Under the pieces are notes generated by a model that saw only the letters and a list, made by a program, of their open reading frames with translations, made no database searches and was not told where the DNA came from. Source: a virus. Taken from it: a DNA stretch of 64,000 nucleotides. Both the position numbers and the translations under genes were made by a program. Where the stretch lies: the IMG/VR virus record IMGVR_UViG_3300030099_006533; one strand, written 5' to 3'. This document shows, one piece after another, positions 35,977 through 43,727 of this stretch (the stretch's first letter is position 1; the number at the start of each line of letters is the position of its first letter).

Positions 35977-37254
35977 ATGACTGACCAGACCACCACTCCC
36001 GCGACCGAGACCACCGACGCGCCCGCATTCGACCTGAACATGCACGCCGCTCGCCTGCTTATGCGCGAGCCCTTCTTCGCTGCGATCTCGCGGCGGGTCA
36101 ACAAGCGGGCGACCACTTCCATCCCGACCGCGGGCGTGACCGTGACGAAGGACGGTCAGTTTGAGTTGGTCTACAACCCTGAGTTCATGGGTGGCCTCGA
36201 CGACTCCCACAAGCTGGGTGTGCTCAAGCACGAGTTCTACCACCTGATCTTCGAGCACGTTACCGGCACCCGGTTCGCTCACTTCCGCGACCTTGATTCT
36301 TCCGAGCGTCGGCTCCACAACATCGGCATGGACCTCGCGATCAACAGTCACCTTCAGGGTGAGTTGCCTGAGCAGTGCTGCATGCCCGGTGCTGGTCCGT
36401 TCGCTGAGTACGAGCCCTTCCTTTCTGCCGAGCAGTACATTGCGAAGCTCCGCGAGGACAAGGACCAGCAGGAGCAGGAGCAGCAGGATGGCGAGTCCGG
36501 CGAGGGTGGCGAGGGCGACGGTGATGGCTCTGGAGACGGCTCTGGCGGCTCTGGGGACGGTCAGTTCGACTCCCACGACGGTTGGGGTGAGGCTGGCGAT
36601 GCGGCCTCTCAGATCGCCTCTGAGCGCCTGAAGGATACCATCCGCAAGGCTGCCGAGGAAGCTGACCGCAGCCGCACCTGGGGCTCCGTCTCTTCGTCCG
36701 TCCGTGAGGACATTCGCAAGGCTCTCCGGTCGCACGTTGACTGGAAGAAGGTTCTTCGATACTTCATCAAGACTAGCCAGCGCGCCAACAAGAGCAGCAC
36801 TGTGCGCCGTCTCAACCGTCGCTACCCACGCATCCACAGTGGCAGCAAGGTCAACCGTCAGGCGAAGATCGCCATCAGCATCGACCAGTCCGGGTCCGTT
36901 GACGACCGCATGCTCTCCGCATTCTACGCGGAGCTTGACAAGCTGGCGACCCTTGCCGAGTTCACTGTTGTGCCGTTCGATACCGAGGTCGCAGAGGATC
37001 ACGTTTACGTCTGGAAGAAGGGTGAGCGCCGCAAGGCCGAGCGTGTTCGCTACGGTGGCACCGACTTCAACCCTCCGACCGAGTGGGTCAACAGCCGCGG
37101 CTTCGATGGTCACATTGTCCTCACAGACCTCTGTGCGCCGAAGCCTGTGAGCAGCAAGTGTCAGCGCATGTGGATGACCACCCGGTACTACGCCGAGCGT
37201 CCTTACTTCCAGACCAACGAGATGATCGTTGCCATCGACACCGAGGGAGCATAA
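35977..37254 (+). CDS. vWA-domain protein with N-terminal HExxH metallopeptidase-like domain (MoxR partner)
   Basis: IPTAGV, LKHEFYH, acidic Gly/Ser linker, ISIDQSGSV MIDAS motif, GGTDF, VLTD. Confidence 0.88.
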   Translation: MTDQTTTPATETTDAPAFDLNMHAARLLMREPFFAAISRRVNKRATTSIPTAGVTVTKDGQFELVYNPEFMGGLDDSHKLGVLKHEFYHLIFEHVTGTRFAHFRDLDSSERRLHNIGMDLAINSHLQGELPEQCCMPGAGPFAEYEPFLSAEQYIAKLREDKDQQEQEQQDGESGEGGEGDGDGSGDGSGGSGDGQFDSHDGWGEAGDAASQIASERLKDTIRKAAEEADRSRTWGSVSSSVREDIRKALRSHVDWKKVLRYFIKTSQRANKSSTVRRLNRRYPRIHSGSKVNRQAKIAISIDQSGSVDDRMLSAFYAELDKLATLAEFTVVPFDTEVAEDHVYVWKKGERRKAERVRYGGTDFNPPTEWVNSRGFDGHIVLTDLCAPKPVSSKCQRMWMTTRYYAERPYFQTNEMIVAIDTEGA

Positions 37255-37258
37255 AGTA

Positions 37259-37639
37259 ATGTTTGAGAAAGGCCAGATGTATATCCTCCGAGGCATGAAG
37301 AAGAATAAGCGATACAACTCACTCACAGATATGGATGGGAGACTATACGTTGCAGACTCACAGGGCTGGCACTCACAAAGCTGCCCGACCTTCACCGATG
37401 GTGCCCTGTTCCTGTGCCTTGAGGACTCGCCTGATTTCGATTCTGAGGCCTTCCAGAGGACTTTGGACCCCACCCTAACGGAGTGGTCGGCTCTCAGCAA
37501 GACAGCGCGTGCTATGCGCTCCTACGAGCAGCACAGAGAGGTATCCTTCCTTGCCCCGAACGGCAAGCGTGTGAGGATGATGGTAAAGGGAAACAAGACG
37601 AAGTTCAAGAAGGTCACAAGAAGGACAAAGGTAAAGTAG
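37259..37639 (+). CDS. hypothetical protein
   Basis: MFEKGQMY start; tiling. Confidence 0.6.
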   Translation: MFEKGQMYILRGMKKNKRYNSLTDMDGRLYVADSQGWHSQSCPTFTDGALFLCLEDSPDFDSEAFQRTLDPTLTEWSALSKTARAMRSYEQHREVSFLAPNGKRVRMMVKGNKTKFKKVTRRTKVK

Positions 37640-37640
37640 C

Positions 37641-37880
37641 ATGAACGCTGGTGACTTCATCGAGGACACATATACTTCTTTCGACGGTCAGATTGTAGCA
37701 GTAACGCGAGGTGTGATCACAGAAGTCATCCGAGACTATGTAAAATATTATTGCTCACAGATACGTTTCGCAGAGCACGATAGCTCACTAGATGGTATGC
37801 TGGGCACAATGGTGATGAGACATAAGAGAAACCTCACAGTATTGTCTCAGCGTGGTGGCAAAGTGGTAGAAAGTGGGTGA
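37641..37880 (+). CDS. SH3-like small protein
   Basis: MNAGDFIED...RGVITEV. Confidence 0.55.
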   Translation: MNAGDFIEDTYTSFDGQIVAVTRGVITEVIRDYVKYYCSQIRFAEHDSSLDGMLGTMVMRHKRNLTVLSQRGGKVVESG

Positions 37881-38152
37881 GAGTGGTAGAAGGTAGTTTT
37901 TGCTAAAGTGTTATAAAGAGATATGATACAATAGAAATAATAAAGGAGTGTGAGTAAAGGTAGTAAACGAGGGGTGTATCAAGTATACTAGTGAGCTTTA
38001 TTTGTCAAGCTGTGAGTTTATTTGCTACACCTGTTACATGTGAGTGTGACACATAAAACACCGTGAGCCCGTAAGCTACCGTAAACACTCAAGTTTTTCA
38101 ACAGCGTGAGTCACAGCGTGAGTATAAATGTGACAAGAGGAGTAGATGTAAC

Positions 38153-38269
38153 ATGACTGATTACGAGATCGCAGTAGCCGCAATGTTCAAGATTGCTCAC
38201 AACTTCTGGCCTATTCTGGTGCTGGTTGTCGCATATCCTGTTTTTGAAAAGTACTGGAATATCAGGTAG
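38153..38269 (+). CDS. 38-aa membrane peptide
   Basis: Read manually; GAGGAG RBS; one TM. Confidence 0.5.
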   Translation: MTDYEIAVAAMFKIAHNFWPILVLVVAYPVFEKYWNIR

Positions 38270-38299
38270 TTAGTTTAGTATACGCTTAGGGGAAGTAAC

Positions 38300-38632
38300 A
38301 TGAAGGTAGGTAGAATGTATCAAGTAGCCGGGCTAGCGCAGCTTAAGCGCAATGACGGCCTATTCATCAACGCATACAGCAATGGTGATACACCTATCAT
38401 GGAGACAGGAGAGGCTGGCTGGTATCCTTCACGCCGCGCCTACGTCGATGGTGAGGTAATGGTCTGCGTGGGCAAGGAAGAGCGCAGGACAGGCCACTAT
38501 GAGCCGCAGACATTTTATAGGGTACTCACACTAGACGGAAAGACGGCGCTAGTATCTAAGGGAACGCGCAAGTATTTCAAGCCTGTGAAAAGTAACCTTT
38601 GTGAGCGTGAGCGACCGGAGGAGTGCCCGTGA
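38300..38632 (+). CDS. MKVG-start SH3-like protein
   Basis: MKVGRMYQV; GGGGA RBS. Confidence 0.6.
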   Translation: MKVGRMYQVAGLAQLKRNDGLFINAYSNGDTPIMETGEAGWYPSRRAYVDGEVMVCVGKEERRTGHYEPQTFYRVLTLDGKTALVSKGTRKYFKPVKSNLCERERPEECP

Positions 38633-39022
38633 GTGAGCCATGGAATGAGATCGAGACTGTATCATATAATGTTACACTACCCAGCGTGAGCCAGATCCGC
38701 GAGGCTGTGAGTACATGTCTCACTGTAGCAACAAACCTCACATGTTACACGGCTGTAGCAGGCATGGTATACATGAGCATGGCCCGCCGTGAGTACCGTG
38801 AGTCACATAAACGTGAGTGAGACATAAAACATGCTACATGTGCGACAACAAGAAGTTTAATAAAAACAAACACTTAGGGGTAGTCCTACCCCCCTGGTAC
38901 CCCCCTACCCGGGATATATGTCTCACTACTACTCACAGGGCTCACAGGGCGACTAAGTACATACGCGATACGCAGCCAATTTTTCCAGATTTGGCAATCC
39001 CAAAAAAATGCCCCAAAAAAAT

Positions 39023-39051
39023 TTGACAGATATAAGGGTCTATGTTAGTAT
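39023..39051 (+). promoter_or_regulatory. single sigma70-type promoter
   Basis: TTGACA-N17-TAGTAT with TG extension; no upstream boxes. Confidence 0.6.
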
Positions 39052-39069
39052 AAGATTACACAGGAGAGT

Positions 39070-39327
39070 ATGATGGCATATGGTTCAGGAGAGATGGGTG
39101 AGTTGATTAGGTCGGTATGGGGCATGGTGCTGCTAACGCTGTCGGTCGGAGCTTGTTGGGTGCTGTTGATGTTTAGCGGCCCAAGCTCGGAGAGTGTGAC
39201 TCCCCCAGAAGACTTGCCAGTGGAAGCTGTACCGGCCTTTTGCACGGTGCAGGACATAATAAGCATGCAGGAAGTGATCAATGAATGCCATGAAAGGCTA
39301 AGAATGCAAGAAAGCTTATGTGAATAA
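39070..39327 (+). CDS. membrane-anchored hypothetical protein
   Basis: AGGAG RBS; one TM. Confidence 0.6.
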   Translation: MMAYGSGEMGELIRSVWGMVLLTLSVGACWVLLMFSGPSSESVTPPEDLPVEAVPAFCTVQDIISMQEVINECHERLRMQESLCE

Positions 39328-39387
39328 ATACCCAATAAAAGGCCGAGAGTATAATTCCAGCGCGCTAGCCTATTTATAGGTCAGCAT

Positions 39388-39633
39388 ATGCGCAATAAAC
39401 TACCAAAGCTTTTTACGTTTAAACAAGGTACCCTGCTTTGCCCCAAGTGCAAGTCCGAAATACGCTGGAGTTGTCCCTCGGAGCCCGGTGCGCGCGGGAG
39501 AGCCACTTGTGTCAACTCTATCTCAGCTTATCGAGTAATCTCAGCTAGAGATCTGGATATGGACAAGATGTTCTGTGATTGGCGTGCTGAAACAATCCGA
39601 CTTACCGATGGTGATGTTGGTATCATCCTTTAA
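39388..39633 (+). CDS. Cys-rich small protein
   Basis: CPKC...C...C...C. Confidence 0.6.
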   Translation: MRNKLPKLFTFKQGTLLCPKCKSEIRWSCPSEPGARGRATCVNSISAYRVISARDLDMDKMFCDWRAETIRLTDGDVGIIL

Positions 39634-39647
39634 TTATCGAATAGCAA

Positions 39648-39908
39648 ATGAACAACAAGAACACATGGGAGGACAATTTGCCTCCGTTTAAGGAGTATAT
39701 AATGTCTGGTAAGAATAGAAGGGTGTCCACTCTTCTTCGTAGCGAACAAGTAACTGCTGTTTTAGGCGAAAATTTTGACTTTGATGCCCTCAAGCCTGCA
39801 ATGATACTTAGCGTACCTGCTGTAGGTGGGCCTGCCAAGACGCCATTATACGACTGGTTGGACGTTCAACTAATCCTTGATAGACGCAATTCAACCAATA
39901 TTGGCTAA
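39648..39908 (+). CDS. hypothetical protein
   Basis: Tiling ORF; start uncertain. Confidence 0.5.
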   Translation: MNNKNTWEDNLPPFKEYIMSGKNRRVSTLLRSEQVTAVLGENFDFDALKPAMILSVPAVGGPAKTPLYDWLDVQLILDRRNSTNIG

Positions 39909-39999
39909 ATTTACCAAAAGTAGGGGTTGAAAATTTTTTCCGAAAAATAAAAATTCGGCCGTTTGGCGCCTGGGGCGCCGACTCAAGCTAGTTATTTGA

Positions 40000-40335
40000 G
40001 TGAGTGGTTCCTACGATGCCTATGATTGGGATGCCGCGGCCGAAGAGGCCGCCACCCGGTATGCTTATAAAGTGGGAGACCTTGTTCGCTTTATTCCTAG
40101 TCGCAAAATATGGGATTACTACGATCCATGGGGATATCGTATAAACACTCCCAGTGAACATATGGATTCGCTTGGGATAGTTGTTGAGCGGTATCGAACT
40201 TATGGAAGCTATTCACAAATCTACTATCGTATCAGATGGATTGATATGGGTAGTGTTAGTATGTCTAACGAAAAACACGAGGATTTAATGCTTGTATCTG
40301 AGGCTGCTCGGCCGAGCGGATCCTGTGATGAATAA
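40000..40335 (+). CDS. SH3/KOW-like small protein
   Basis: YKVGDLVRF...LGIVVE...YRIRW...LMLVS. Confidence 0.7.
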   Translation: MSGSYDAYDWDAAAEEAATRYAYKVGDLVRFIPSRKIWDYYDPWGYRINTPSEHMDSLGIVVERYRTYGSYSQIYYRIRWIDMGSVSMSNEKHEDLMLVSEAARPSGSCDE

Positions 40336-40383
40336 CCAGTTTAAGCATCTATTTATAGCAGAAGGCTATTGCAATAAGATGTC

Positions 40384-40611
40384 ATGGAAAACACACCGAA
40401 TTATTACAAACATTATCAGATCGGTGACCTCGTACAGAGTACGGTTATTGGTTTGCAAGATTTTGAGTTCAATTCGTACGGCCGCTTAGGAATTGTTATT
40501 AGTCTTGTGCCCAATAAAGATGCTGCGAAAGTGTGGTGGGTGGGCGAAACAGAACCCAAAACGGTTTTATTCCAAACTTTTAAATTAATTTCTAGAGGAA
40601 AGAAGTTGTAA
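40384..40611 (+). CDS. SH3/KOW-like small protein
   Basis: YQIGDLVQS...LGIVIS...AKVWW...FKLIS. Confidence 0.7.
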   Translation: MENTPNYYKHYQIGDLVQSTVIGLQDFEFNSYGRLGIVISLVPNKDAAKVWWVGETEPKTVLFQTFKLISRGKKL

Positions 40612-40632
40612 AAAAGCTAATTATTCATTACC

Positions 40633-40911
40633 ATGAGTGGTGAAAGTGAATACAAATTAAAAGTCGGTGATCTATTAATAGACACAGAAACCAATAACTC
40701 AGGAATCCTCGTGCAAAAGCATAGAGTTTTAAGTACTTCTGGCCGATTTATTAATGATAGATGGTACTGGGCGTGGAGAATTAGATGGGCGCGCACTCCA
40801 GAAACTAAAAATATTGCCGAGTGGGCAGATAATTTTGATAATACTACTGCAGAATCAATTATTGTCAATAATATTAAAGAAGGTAAGGTGAAACATTTCA
40901 CAAATTCTTGA
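40633..40911 (+). CDS. SH3/KOW-like small protein
   Basis: LKVGDLLID...SGILV...WRIRW. Confidence 0.7.
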   Translation: MSGESEYKLKVGDLLIDTETNNSGILVQKHRVLSTSGRFINDRWYWAWRIRWARTPETKNIAEWADNFDNTTAESIIVNNIKEGKVKHFTNS

Positions 40912-40918
40912 AAATAAT

Positions 40919-41323
40919 ATGCACCTCATATCAACTCACATCTGCAAAGCTAGCAATTTGGGAGTTCATGGTAATTTATTTGGTGGTACGATGTTGGCGT
41001 GGCTTGATGAGGCCGGCGCGGCGTACGCTTGTCAATTTTGTGATACCCCAAGAATGGTCACAGTTAAAATGTCTGAGACAAGGTTCCAAAAACCCGTGAG
41101 AACCGGACATTTAATTAAAATTTATGGCAAAATTTGTTATATTGGTACCTCGTCTGTTACAGTTTCATTGGAAGCTAGAAGACATTCGGTGTATAATGGT
41201 ACTCAAAGAACTGTTTGTACGACTGAAATCACATTTGTTCGGGTCGACGGCGACGGTGAGCCCATCCCAGTGGGTGAAAAAGTACAAAATAAGTTTCTTA
41301 GCCTTCAAGGAGATAATCAATGA
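40919..41323 (+). CDS. hotdog-fold acyl-CoA thioesterase (YciA-like)
   Basis: GNLFGGTMLAWLDEAG, VTV, F.KPV..G, GTSSV, TFVRVD. Confidence 0.9.
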   Translation: MHLISTHICKASNLGVHGNLFGGTMLAWLDEAGAAYACQFCDTPRMVTVKMSETRFQKPVRTGHLIKIYGKICYIGTSSVTVSLEARRHSVYNGTQRTVCTTEITFVRVDGDGEPIPVGEKVQNKFLSLQGDNQ

Positions 41324-41532
41324 GTAATGAAAACGACAGAAAAATGATGACACAAGAGGCATTTCAGATGTTTCTTGGAGAATTACAAGAAAGAATGGCA
41401 GAATTTCAAGTGGATGCTGCAAACACGGCCGAATTTATGGAAGAAGCTCTAAAAATGGCACAAGAGCGGCTAGCCGAAAAAGGCCCAGACGAATATTTTT
41501 CAACACCCCAACCAGATTTTGATGATGAATAG
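41320..41532 (+). CDS. small acidic helical protein
   Basis: AAGGAG RBS. Confidence 0.65.
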   Translation: MSNENDRKMMTQEAFQMFLGELQERMAEFQVDAANTAEFMEEALKMAQERLAEKGPDEYFSTPQPDFDDE

Positions 41533-41544
41533 CTAAAAAAAAGC

Positions 41545-41573
41545 TTGACATGTGCTTCATAACAAGATATTAT
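41545..41573 (+). promoter_or_regulatory. single sigma70-type promoter
   Basis: TTGACA-N17-TATTAT. Confidence 0.7.
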
Positions 41574-41592
41574 AATAGTATAGGAGCACAAA

Positions 41593-41826
41593 ATGACTAT
41601 TTTTTCTAGCTTTATGACCATTCTTACTACAATTGTAGGCGCAGCGGCTGTTTTTGTAGCCTCTTTAGTATTTGGTTCCACATTATTTTCTCTAATTGTA
41701 GCGATTTTTGTTTCAATTCCAACAATTGCTACAATTGTTGGCACCTTATTGGTCTTGCCGCTAGAGTTGGCAGATGAAGCATACCGAAAAGAAAATATCC
41801 GCCAGATTAATAGCTATAAGCCTTAA
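41593..41826 (+). CDS. hydrophobic membrane protein
   Basis: Two TM segments; AGGAG RBS. Confidence 0.65.
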   Translation: MTIFSSFMTILTTIVGAAAVFVASLVFGSTLFSLIVAIFVSIPTIATIVGTLLVLPLELADEAYRKENIRQINSYKP

Positions 41827-41865
41827 ATAACACTTTCTTTCTGCAAGCTTTCCTAGTTAATATAG

Positions 41866-42204
41866 GTGCGACTCACAATGGGTAGGCTAGTGACGAGAGG
41901 AAAAGGCAAAGTGTCAGAAGATCCTAATGAAAAAGACTTAAAAATGCTAGAAGAAATGCTCAAAGAAGCGTTAGGAAAAGCAAAAACATCACAAGAAACG
42001 TCTTATGACAAATATTTTTTAGTCAGCGACGAAGATATGTGGTTTTATAATCCAACAAGCAGACAAATGGTCAGAGTTCCAGGCAGAAGTAGCCTGTTAG
42101 TTTCAGATCTTACACCTGACGATGATGGAAAAGTGCTTTGTTGGACCGATTTTGGTTACGCGTTGATCCCCGAAGACCTTATTGCACCTTTAGGATACAA
42201 TTAA
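41866..42204 (+). CDS. hypothetical protein
   Basis: ORF after CTAGTTA motif. Confidence 0.65.
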   Translation: MRLTMGRLVTRGKGKVSEDPNEKDLKMLEEMLKEALGKAKTSQETSYDKYFLVSDEDMWFYNPTSRQMVRVPGRSSLLVSDLTPDDDGKVLCWTDFGYALIPEDLIAPLGYN

Positions 42205-42399
42205 ATGTTTTTTACCTTTTTCGAAAGTCCATTTTGGCGCGGCGCACTTTGGATTGGCTCTTTTTTGGCTCTTTTCGGCCTTTTTGGATACAAATTTACA
42301 GTGGTTACTGCTCTTGCTGTAATTGCAATGCGACAAAGACGTGGCGAAGCCCTGTTTTTTTAAAAATTAAGTGATACTTAGTCCCGAGAGGGTCTTGTC

Positions 42400-42906
42400 G
42401 TGTCAAATAATGTTAGTCTGCAGTGCTATCCAGACAATGAAACCTATTTTTATCGTAAAAGCGATAAAGTTGAGACAATTACAGCCGATATTATCTCTTT
42501 AGCCCATTATATGGCTCAAATCATGTATGATCATGAAGAAAATGGCGTTTCTGGCCCGCATTTTGGCTTAAATAAGCGGATTGTTGTCTTTGATTGTACT
42601 GATGACTACAGCAACACTGTTTATTTGATAAATCCCGTTATATTATGGCAATCTAGAGAAACTTCTCAGTGTTTAGAGACTTGTTTAGGATATCCGGGCT
42701 TATCTTTGCCTGTTAACAGGCCAAATAAAATAAAAATTGAAGCTTTAGACATAAATGGCAAGAAAATTGGCTTTGAAGCCACAGGAAAGTATGCTAGAAT
42801 AGTACATCAGCAGATTGACCTACTTGATGGTATTCCATTTACGCAAAGAGTGTCAAGACAGATAAGACGTCATCTAATAAGAAAATGGACAAAGCAAAAT
42901 GAATAG
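42400..42906 (+). CDS. peptide deformylase-like protein, catalytically degenerate
   Basis: PDF layout (G.NKRIVVFD, LINPVI, RP.KIKIEALD.NG, DLLDGI.F), but EGCLS becomes ETCLG and HExxH becomes QQIDL. Confidence 0.8.
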   Translation: MSNNVSLQCYPDNETYFYRKSDKVETITADIISLAHYMAQIMYDHEENGVSGPHFGLNKRIVVFDCTDDYSNTVYLINPVILWQSRETSQCLETCLGYPGLSLPVNRPNKIKIEALDINGKKIGFEATGKYARIVHQQIDLLDGIPFTQRVSRQIRRHLIRKWTKQNE

Positions 42907-43105
42907 CGAACTTGATACTTGGGAAGAATGGATGGGTTATAGAGTACATTACGTTCTTGACGGAGTTGCATATGTGCAAGACTCGACTTCATATGGCGTT
43001 TCTTATGGCAGAGCATCACAAGTAATGAAAGATGTCCTGTTGCAAGGCTTTTGTGCTTGGATTGTTAGAATGAAGCCTGACGAAGTGGAGGAAATACCAT
43101 TTTGA
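42899..43105 (+). CDS. hypothetical protein (paralog of next gene)
   Basis: Shares GxCAW motif with 43102..43311. Confidence 0.6.
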   Translation: MNSELDTWEEWMGYRVHYVLDGVAYVQDSTSYGVSYGRASQVMKDVLLQGFCAWIVRMKPDEVEEIPF

Positions 43106-43311
43106 AGGGCCCACAAATTGATATATTCAAAGATAGAATAAGTGTTTTTATACATTTTGCAGACAAACAGGCGGAGCCAATATGCATAGGTACCTATTAT
43201 TGTTATGAAAATGCATATAAAGAACTAATTAGTAATTTAAGCGAAGGTTTGTGTGCTTGGATGATATTTGATGGAAGAGAAACCAAGTTTTGGAGAGTCG
43301 AAAAAGATTAA
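43102..43311 (+). CDS. hypothetical protein
   Basis: GLCAWM motif. Confidence 0.55.
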   Translation: MKGPQIDIFKDRISVFIHFADKQAEPICIGTYYCYENAYKELISNLSEGLCAWMIFDGRETKFWRVEKD

Positions 43312-43531
43312 CCCGGGCGATCTAGTTCAGTGGCGCCACTGGGATAATGGATGGGTAGCCATTGTGGGTGTGGTAACATCTGTAGGCACCTCTAAAATTG
43401 GCGGCCGCCGGATTATAATGGCTAAAGTCACAGCCACGAGTTCTGGTACTGACAACATCCTTGTTGGCCAAGAGTTAGAATTAAACCCTTTAAGTTTAAA
43501 AATTCTTTCAACAAACATCATAAGTGAATAA
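43268..43531 (+). CDS. SH3/KOW-like small protein
   Basis: INPGDLVQW...VGVVT...LKILS; start uncertain. Confidence 0.6.
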   Translation: MMEEKPSFGESKKINPGDLVQWRHWDNGWVAIVGVVTSVGTSKIGGRRIIMAKVTATSSGTDNILVGQELELNPLSLKILSTNIISE

Positions 43532-43559
43532 TTGAAAACTACTTACTTATGGTAAAAGT

Positions 43560-43727
43560 ATGAAACACGCCCTTAGAAACATTTGCTTTGTTGCAACTGG
43601 AATAAATTTACCGATTATTGGGCTGGGAGTTTATATGAAGGACCCTCAGCTTTTTTTATTGGGGGCTAGCTCTGGTGTCCTTACACTTTTCGGAGCATTA
43701 TTTGTATATGCAGAGGATGAACAATGA
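43560..43727 (+). CDS. 55-aa two-TM peptide
   Basis: Read manually; ATGA overlap with next gene. Confidence 0.55.
   Translation: MKHALRNICFVATGINLPIIGLGVYMKDPQLFLLGASSGVLTLFGALFVYAEDEQ

Larger units (their letters stand above)
37949..38946. repeat. dense GTGAG/CTCAC repeat tract
   Basis: About 17 GTGAG on + and about 5 CTCAC within about 1 kb, in two clusters flanking two small ORFs. Confidence 0.7.

Noticed and set aside
33700-37500. Long minus-strand ORFs (33700..34620, 34617..35702, 35887..37500; also 32607..33341)
   Set aside because: Antisense shadows of GC3-biased plus-strand genes that have clear motifs, RBS and promoters; their translations are low-information
37949-38946. CRISPR array or direct-repeat array
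   Set aside because: The repeats are only 5-6 bp with irregular spacing; there are no 25-45 bp repeats with unique spacers and no cas genes in the window
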